Source of the DNA: Desulfobacterales bacterium
GTDB lineage: Bacteria; Desulfobacterota; Desulfobacteria; Desulfobacterales; UBA5852
Assembly (NCBI GenBank): GCA_963674755.2
Contig: CAXXVS010000003.1
Span: forward strand, 1,152,001-1,216,000
Direction: 5' to 3'
DNA: 64,000 bases
Numbering within the stretch: the first letter of the stretch is position 1; each line of letters begins with the position of its first letter. The position numbers and the translations under genes were made by a program. Under the pieces are notes generated by a model, which was not told the DNA's origin, made no database searches, and saw only the letters and a program-made list of their open reading frames with translations. Positions 58,452 through 64,000 of this stretch are shown here, piece after piece.

Positions 58452-61400
58452 TTATTCCAGAACTTCCCGAATCGCCTCGGACAGGATGGCCTTATTATAG
58501 GGTTTGATGACCACTTTGCGGATGGAATCGATCCGTGCTGCCATATCCACCGGGGCCTTGCGGCCGGTGACCATCAGGATCGGCGTCTCGGGATGCTTGA
58601 CCTTGACGGCTTCTGCAAGTTCGATGCCGTTGACTTCGGGCATGTCGAAGTCCGTGATCACCAAATGAAACGGTTCCCGGGCCTCATCGATGGCCGCCTT
58701 GGCGGCCTGGCCCCCATTGCGGGCTACCACCTCATAACCGAGGTTGCCGAGCACCCGCGGAATGAGCTCCAGCTGATCCGGGTCGTCTTCCACAAAGAGA
58801 ATGCGGCCTTTGCCCCGGTGAACAGCGGTCCGGGTTTCGGCGACGTCACTTGCCGTTCCGCTGCCGGCCGGCAGGAAAATATCGAAGGTGGTCTCCACAC
58901 CGGGCTGGCTGCCGACCCGGGCCGCGCCGTTGTGCCCTTTGATGATGCCGTGGGCCACGGCCAGACCGAGGCCGGTGCCTTCGCCCTTGCCCTTGGTGGT
59001 AAAAAAGGGATCAAAGATCTTGTCCTGGATATCAGCCGGAATGCCCGGACCGTTGTCGGAAATCGCGAGATTGAGATAGGCCCCGGCCTGGATGCCCAGC
59101 AGTTCCGCCTCGCCGGCATTGAGCAAGACCTGGCGAAGCCGGATGCGAATGTGTCCCCCGTGGCCCTTCAAGGCCTGGTAGGAGTTGGTGCAGAGGTTCA
59201 TCACGATCTGATGGATCTGGGTGGGGTCGGCCATGCAGGGGCTCAGATCCGGCGCGATCTGCAAATCCACTTCGATATTGCGGGGCAGCGAGGTGCTGAT
59301 CAGCTGCACCGCCTCCTGCACCACGCCGGCGATATCCGTCCGGCGGATCCCCTCCTGGTCCGCCCGGCTGAAAGTCAGGATCTGTTGCACCAGCTGACTG
59401 CCCCGTTCGGCCGCCTTGAGACTGCGCCGCAGGTCGCGGCCCGCCTGGCTCTCGGGGGCCACATCCTCCAGGGCCAATTCGGTGGAGTTGTAGATCGAGG
59501 TCAGGATGTTGTTGAAATCGTGTGCGATGCCGCCGGCCAGGGTGCCGATGGCCTCCATCTTGGTGGATTCGAGCATGCGGCGTTCCATGATGATGTTTTG
59601 GGTAATGTCCTCCGCGCTGGACAGCACTCCCACCACCGCGCCCTGATCGTCAAGCAGGGGCAGCCGGTTGACGAGCATCCAGCGCTTTTCCCCTCTGTGG
59701 TTGTGCACCGGCCAGCGCATGCGATAGGAGGGACGGTTGGCCTCCGCCACCTTGCGGTCTGTCTCCATGCTCTTGAGGCCCTCGGTCTTCTCCGGGAAGA
59801 GGTCGCTGTCCTGCCGGCCGATAATGGCATCCACGTCCGCAATGCCGAAAAAGTCCCCGAAGCTCTTGTTGGCCCCCAGATAGCGCAGCTTGCGGTCTTT
59901 CCAATGCACGAGCTGGGGGATGTTGTCCAGCACCAGTTTGAGCATCTGTCGGGAGGCACGCAGGTTCTTCTCCGCGGTTTTACGCTGGGTGATGTCTTCG
60001 ATGAAGCCTTCATAGTAGCCGATCCGGCCGTCTTCCCCCTGCACCGCACGCAAATGTTGGGTCACGATGATGCGCCGCCCGTCCCGGGTGCGGCATTCGC
60101 GCTCGAATTGGACCGGCGTCGGGAGGTCTTGGGCGTCGGCCGCCGCTTCCAGCGGCCGGATGCAGAGGGCTTCCGGCATCTCGGCCCCGGCGGCCGTCAG
60201 GGCCTCCCGGCTGTCGAACCCCAGCATCTGGGCCAAAGCCGGATTGGCGTCCAGGATGCGCCCGTCGGCCGACGATCGGAAAATGCCCAGGGCTGAATTT
60301 TCAAAAATGCTGCGATATTTTTCTTCGGCCTGAATCAGCTCGCGCTCCGCTTTTTTACGCGCCGTGATGTCGTAGATCACGCCCACCAGGCCGGAGATTT
60401 CGCCCTTGGCATTGCGGTAGCCGGCCTTGTGCAAAATCACGTCCCGCGGGGCCGTGTCGGCGCCCGGCAGTTGGACTTCATAGATGCGCACCCCGTCCCG
60501 GGCCATCAACTCGTCATCCACCCGATCCATCAGTCGGGCCGGGCCGTGGGCATCGAAGCTCTTGATATCGCAACCGATGATATCGCCGCGCGCCAGGTCG
60601 TACCATTTCTCGAAAGCCTCGTTGCACTCGGTCACCACGCCGTCACGGTCTTTAAAATAGATGGGGATGGGGATGGTGTTGACCAGGAGCTTGACAAAGG
60701 CCAGCTGTTCCTTGATGCGCTGTTCGATGGCGCGCCGCTCGGAGATGTTGAACATGAGCACCACCAGGGTCGCGGTGATCACCGTCATGGCGATGGCCAG
60801 CGCCCAGAAGAGCTGGGGGTTGATCTGAAACAGGTAGGAGGTGTGATTGATCAGGGCGCTTTCCGGCGGCAGGTCAGACGTGGATATATGAAACCGCTTC
60901 AATTGGTTGTTGTCGAAAATGATGGGTTCGTCCTGGGGGGTCTGGATCGGGATTCCGTCGATGGGCTCCCCCCGGAGTACCCGCACCAGCAGATCGCCCG
61001 CCGCCGCGCCGTGGGCATAACCGCTCAGCACTTTGCCGCCCACGATGCCCGAGCCCAGCATGAATTCCCAGTTGCTGTAGATGGGGGCGCTGGTGATCTG
61101 GCTAAGCTTGGCCACGATATCGTTGGCGGAATAGCGCTCCCCCTCGAAATCCATGTAAAAGGGGATGAAATAAAAAATGACATCGTCGGCCGCGTTCCGG
61201 GCCCGCTCCAGGAGCGGCTGGAGCTGGTCGGAGATCACGAATTCGATTTCCGGCCGGTCGTGAAAATCGGCGATGGCGGCCTTGATCTGGTTGCTGATGG
61301 CCGTGGCGGTGGTGGAGCGGTTGCCCATCACCACGATCTTGCGGCGGCCGGGATGAAACCGCAGGGCCATGCGCAGATTGGTCTTGACGTCGAAATCCTC

Positions 61401-61868
61401 GGTGACGCCGGTGATGTTGGCCTGATCCCGGATCATGGACGGATTGAAATCGTTGATTCCGCAGAACACCAGCGGTACGCCGGGGAAAAGCTCCTCGCGG
61501 AACTTCAGAATGAAATCGAAGGCATTGTTGTCCGACACAATGACGGCATCGAAATTAATGCCCTGATATTTATGGGCATAAATGCCGTAGAGATACCGCT
61601 CGACGTTGGCGTCGTAACGCTGTTTGGTATCCATGTATTCGATATGCAGGGCCACATTGAGCCCCGAGTGTTCGATGGCGCTCTGGATGCCTTCCATCAG
61701 GCTGTCCGACCAGGTGTAGCCGTTGTGGTAGGAATTGAGATAGAGTACATTCAGGCGATCGTGTCCGTCGGCCTGGACCCTATCGGCCGCACTGAGCAGC
61801 AAAATCCCGCAAACCGCCGTCCACCCAAGCATCGCGGCCGTCTTCCGCTTTTTCATAGCAAAACTCAT
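58452..61868 (-). CDS. Hybrid sensor kinase (periplasmic sensor, PAS domains, HisKA, HATPase, receiver)
   Basis: AGGIAHDFNN, NLCTN, PFFTTK, GTGLGL, C-terminal receiver. Confidence 0.94.
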   Translation of the reverse strand: MSFAMKKRKTAAMLGWTAVCGILLLSAADRVQADGHDRLNVLYLNSYHNGYTWSDSLMEGIQSAIEHSGLNVALHIEYMDTKQRYDANVERYLYGIYAHKYQGINFDAVIVSDNNAFDFILKFREELFPGVPLVFCGINDFNPSMIRDQANITGVTEDFDVKTNLRMALRFHPGRRKIVVMGNRSTTATAISNQIKAAIADFHDRPEIEFVISDQLQPLLERARNAADDVIFYFIPFYMDFEGERYSANDIVAKLSQITSAPIYSNWEFMLGSGIVGGKVLSGYAHGAAAGDLLVRVLRGEPIDGIPIQTPQDEPIIFDNNQLKRFHISTSDLPPESALINHTSYLFQINPQLFWALAIAMTVITATLVVLMFNISERRAIEQRIKEQLAFVKLLVNTIPIPIYFKDRDGVVTECNEAFEKWYDLARGDIIGCDIKSFDAHGPARLMDRVDDELMARDGVRIYEVQLPGADTAPRDVILHKAGYRNAKGEISGLVGVIYDITARKKAERELIQAEEKYRSIFENSALGIFRSSADGRILDANPALAQMLGFDSREALTAAGAEMPEALCIRPLEAAADAQDLPTPVQFERECRTRDGRRIIVTQHLRAVQGEDGRIGYYEGFIEDITQRKTAEKNLRASRQMLKLVLDNIPQLVHWKDRKLRYLGANKSFGDFFGIADVDAIIGRQDSDLFPEKTEGLKSMETDRKVAEANRPSYRMRWPVHNHRGEKRWMLVNRLPLLDDQGAVVGVLSSAEDITQNIIMERRMLESTKMEAIGTLAGGIAHDFNNILTSIYNSTELALEDVAPESQAGRDLRRSLKAAERGSQLVQQILTFSRADQEGIRRTDIAGVVQEAVQLISTSLPRNIEVDLQIAPDLSPCMADPTQIHQIVMNLCTNSYQALKGHGGHIRIRLRQVLLNAGEAELLGIQAGAYLNLAISDNGPGIPADIQDKIFDPFFTTKGKGEGTGLGLAVAHGIIKGHNGAARVGSQPGVETTFDIFLPAGSGTASDVAETRTAVHRGKGRILFVEDDPDQLELIPRVLGNLGYEVVARNGGQAAKAAIDEAREPFHLVITDFDMPEVNGIELAEAVKVKHPETPILMVTGRKAPVDMAARIDSIRKVVIKPYNKAILSEAIREVLE

Positions 61869-62091
61869 GTCAATTCAAACCCTTTCCAGCCCATCTCTTC
61901 CGGACCATCCCCCTGCATCCGGCATCCAGTACCCGGCCCCATGTCCCCGCCGATAGGCAACGGCAACAAGAAAACATGATGCCACGCCATTGCTGAGGCT
62001 TTGGACAACAAACCAATCCATTTCCATCTGCAAAATATACGCCATGGGATGCCGGCCGATCGCCCCTGATAGGCCGGGAATAAACGGCCTG

Positions 62092-63483
62092 TCAAACGTC
62101 GTGCGCGTCGATGACCTTATTGAGATCGATTCCGTACTTGCGCATGCGGTTCCACACCGTGACCCGGTTGATTCCCAGGAGCTCCGCCGCCCGGGTCTGA
62201 TTACCGCCGGTTCGGCGCAGGGCCTCGATCAGCGCCTGCCGCTCCCTGGCATCGCCCACGGGTGCCTTGCGGGCAGCGGACGCCCGCGGTACCTCGGACA
62301 GGGCGGGCGGCAGGTGGTCGACGCCGATCTGGCCGCTGTCGGCAATCACGAAGGCGTATTCCAGGGCACTTTTCAACTCCCGGATATTGCCCGGCCAGTC
62401 GTGGGCCATGACGGCCTGCAGCGCCCCGGGGGTGAGTCCCTTGATGGCCTTGCCGGTGCGCACCTGCAGCCGCTGGACGAAACTGTTGACCAGTAGCGGA
62501 ATGTCCTCCCGGCGCTCCCGCAGCGGCGGAATGCGAATGGGAATGACATTGATGCGGAAATAGAGATCTTCGCGAAACTGCTGCTGTTCGATCAGGGCCA
62601 GCAGATTCCGATGGGTGGCCGATATGATGCGCACATCCACATCGACGGAACGGTGGTCGCCCACCCGCTCGATCTGTTTGTTTTCCAGCACCCGCAGGAG
62701 CTTGACCTGGACCGAAAGGGGAATATCCCCGATTTCGTCCAGAAAGATGGAGCCCCCGTCGGCCGCTTCGAAGCGTCCTTTGCGGTGGCGGTAGGCCCCG
62801 GTGAAAGCGCCTTTGATGTGGCCGAAAAGCTCGCTTTCCAGCAGGGCGGCGTTGAGGGCGGCACAATTGAGCTGCACATAGGGTCCGGTCTTGCGGTGGC
62901 TCCGTTCGTGGATGGCCCGGGCCACCAGCTCCTTGCCGGTGCCGCTTTCCCCGAAGATGATGACCGGCGCACTGCTCAGGGCCGCCTTCTCCACCACCTG
63001 GAAGACCTTGCGGATGGCCGGAGACGTTCCGATGATGCCATGATAATCGCTAAAGTCGTTCAGCTGGCGGGAGAGCAGCTCCACCTGCTGGTCCAGCCGG
63101 TCGATTTCGCTGAGATCGGTAATCGTCTCCACCGCCCCCAGCACGTTGCCTTCGTCATCCCGCAGGACCGAGGCATTCTTGAGGGCCGGCAGGCAGGTGC
63201 CGTCCTTGCGGACGATGCCGCAACGGCAGCGGCGCATATCGGGATGATGGGGCTCGAAGAGTTTGCACCACTGCCCCAACGGATTGTTCAAAGCCTGTTC
63301 GCAGGCATCGCACCCTAGAAAGGTGCAGACCCGGCCGATGGCTTCCTCGGCGCTGTAGCCGGTCAGCCGCTCGAAGGATTTGTTGACCATCAGGATGGTT
63401 CCCTCGGCGCTGATCAGCATCAGACCGTCGTTCATGGTGTTGATGATCCGTTTCCAGTGCCGGCTGATGTCCCCGGTTTCCAT
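62092..63483 (-). CDS. PAS-domain sigma-54 enhancer-binding protein
   Basis: Cys-rich [17 protein letters not shown], Fis-type HTH. Confidence 0.94.
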   Translation of the reverse strand: METGDISRHWKRIINTMNDGLMLISAEGTILMVNKSFERLTGYSAEEAIGRVCTFLGCDACEQALNNPLGQWCKLFEPHHPDMRRCRCGIVRKDGTCLPALKNASVLRDDEGNVLGAVETITDLSEIDRLDQQVELLSRQLNDFSDYHGIIGTSPAIRKVFQVVEKAALSSAPVIIFGESGTGKELVARAIHERSHRKTGPYVQLNCAALNAALLESELFGHIKGAFTGAYRHRKGRFEAADGGSIFLDEIGDIPLSVQVKLLRVLENKQIERVGDHRSVDVDVRIISATHRNLLALIEQQQFREDLYFRINVIPIRIPPLRERREDIPLLVNSFVQRLQVRTGKAIKGLTPGALQAVMAHDWPGNIRELKSALEYAFVIADSGQIGVDHLPPALSEVPRASAARKAPVGDARERQALIEALRRTGGNQTRAAELLGINRVTVWNRMRKYGIDLNKVIDAHDV

Positions 63484-63534
63484 TTTCCTCCTCGCGATGC
63501 GGAAGCCTCAAATTGTAAAATCAAATCCTGCAAT

Positions 63535-63554
63535 TGTTTAATCACGTTTAAACA
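63535..63554. promoter_or_regulatory. Palindromic upstream activator site
   Basis: TGTTTA-atcacgtt-TAAACA in AT-rich divergent intergenic region. Confidence 0.55.
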
Positions 63555-63659
63555 CCTGTTTAAATAGCATGACCGGCCAACCCTGACAACCGCTGGTCTT
63601 AAACCGTATTATTACAATTATTTTAATCAGTTGTATTGATTCCCAATTTTAAGGGGACA

Positions 63660-63676
63660 CCGGTATGCTTATTGCT
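63660..63676 (+). promoter_or_regulatory. Sigma-54 promoter
   Basis: ccGGtatgcttattGCt (GG-N10-GC). Confidence 0.7.
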
Positions 63677-63702
63677 CTACCCGTTAACAGGGATAAACAA
63701 CC

Positions 63703-63951
63703 ATGGACGTCAATCTGCCGGATATCGCCGGACCGATCGGTATGCTGAAATGCCTGGCCGCACTCAGGAAGCTGCCGGCCGGTGACGCGGTGGCCTTTAC
63801 CGTGCGGGATGCGGATACGTATCACACCCTGGTAAAAATCTTCAGCCAGGATGCGCGCTGCCGCATGACCACGGAAGAAACCGCGCAAGGCCACTATATG
63901 GTTGTCCGTAAACTTAAGGAAGGAAAGATGACGACGGGAGGTACGCTATGA
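63703..63951 (+). CDS. TusA/SirA-like small protein
   Basis: P...LK...L..L..GD.....V.D pattern; CPxP cysteine absent. Confidence 0.55.
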   Translation: MDVNLPDIAGPIGMLKCLAALRKLPAGDAVAFTVRDADTYHTLVKIFSQDARCRMTTEETAQGHYMVVRKLKEGKMTTGGTL

Positions 63952-64000
63952 ATCTGAGCCGAAGAGGTTTTTTCAAAGTCGTGGGCGCCACCGGAACCGG
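63948..64000 (+). CDS. Tat-exported protein, N-terminus only (truncated by window end)
   Basis: RBS ggagg; MNLSRRGFFKVVGATGT twin-arginine motif; ATGA overlap with upstream gene. Confidence 0.75.
   Translation, partial: MNLSRRGFFKVVGATGT

Noticed and set aside
57303..60296. 997-aa plus-strand ORF, and other long ORFs at 28792-30564, 23793-25343, 19075-20610, 15624-17084
   Set aside because: Antisense shadows of well-supported genes in high-GC DNA; no recognisable motifs

Overview
High-GC bacterial chromosome segment. The gene content (desulforedoxin, superoxide reductase, sigma-54 activators, TRAP transporter) suggests an anaerobic Desulfobacterota/deltaproteobacterium; this is an inference. 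Layout: (1) 1-1.5 kb, small hypothetical genes, the first possibly a selenoprotein; (2) 1.9-7.4 kb, an FbpABC/AfuABC-type ABC transporter with a DHH phosphoesterase; (3) 7.5-41.7 kb, a general/oxidative-stress island encoding desulforedoxin (missed by the ORF track), Cu/Zn-SOD, GAPDH, glucokinase, PilZ, KhpA, CBS, Rv2004c-like kinase, a DksA-BON fusion, UPF0182, a CheB/CheR-HK-REC protein, two-component genes with a NarL regulator, YfdC, YIP1, a His-rich Zn-finger, a DUF2231-cytochrome c, AKR, DksA, OsmC, neelaredoxin and USP. Many promoter regions in this island share a 16-bp TA(C/G/A)GG-N6-CC(G/C)TA motif, and it holds several deleted gene remnants; (4) 41.8-53 kb, a darAB dialkylresorcinol-type locus co-oriented with radical SAM/SPASM, ankyrin-TPR, nucleotide-sugar (GDP-fucose) and DMT genes; (5) 53.4-64 kb, a sigma-54-controlled TRAP transporter with its two-component system, then a PAS sigma-54 activator divergent from a TusA-like gene and a Tat-exported protein cut by the window end. 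I found no rRNA, tRNA, CRISPR or transposase. Several ERIC-like and REP-like intergenic repeats are present. All family assignments come from motif recognition by eye, not database searches.
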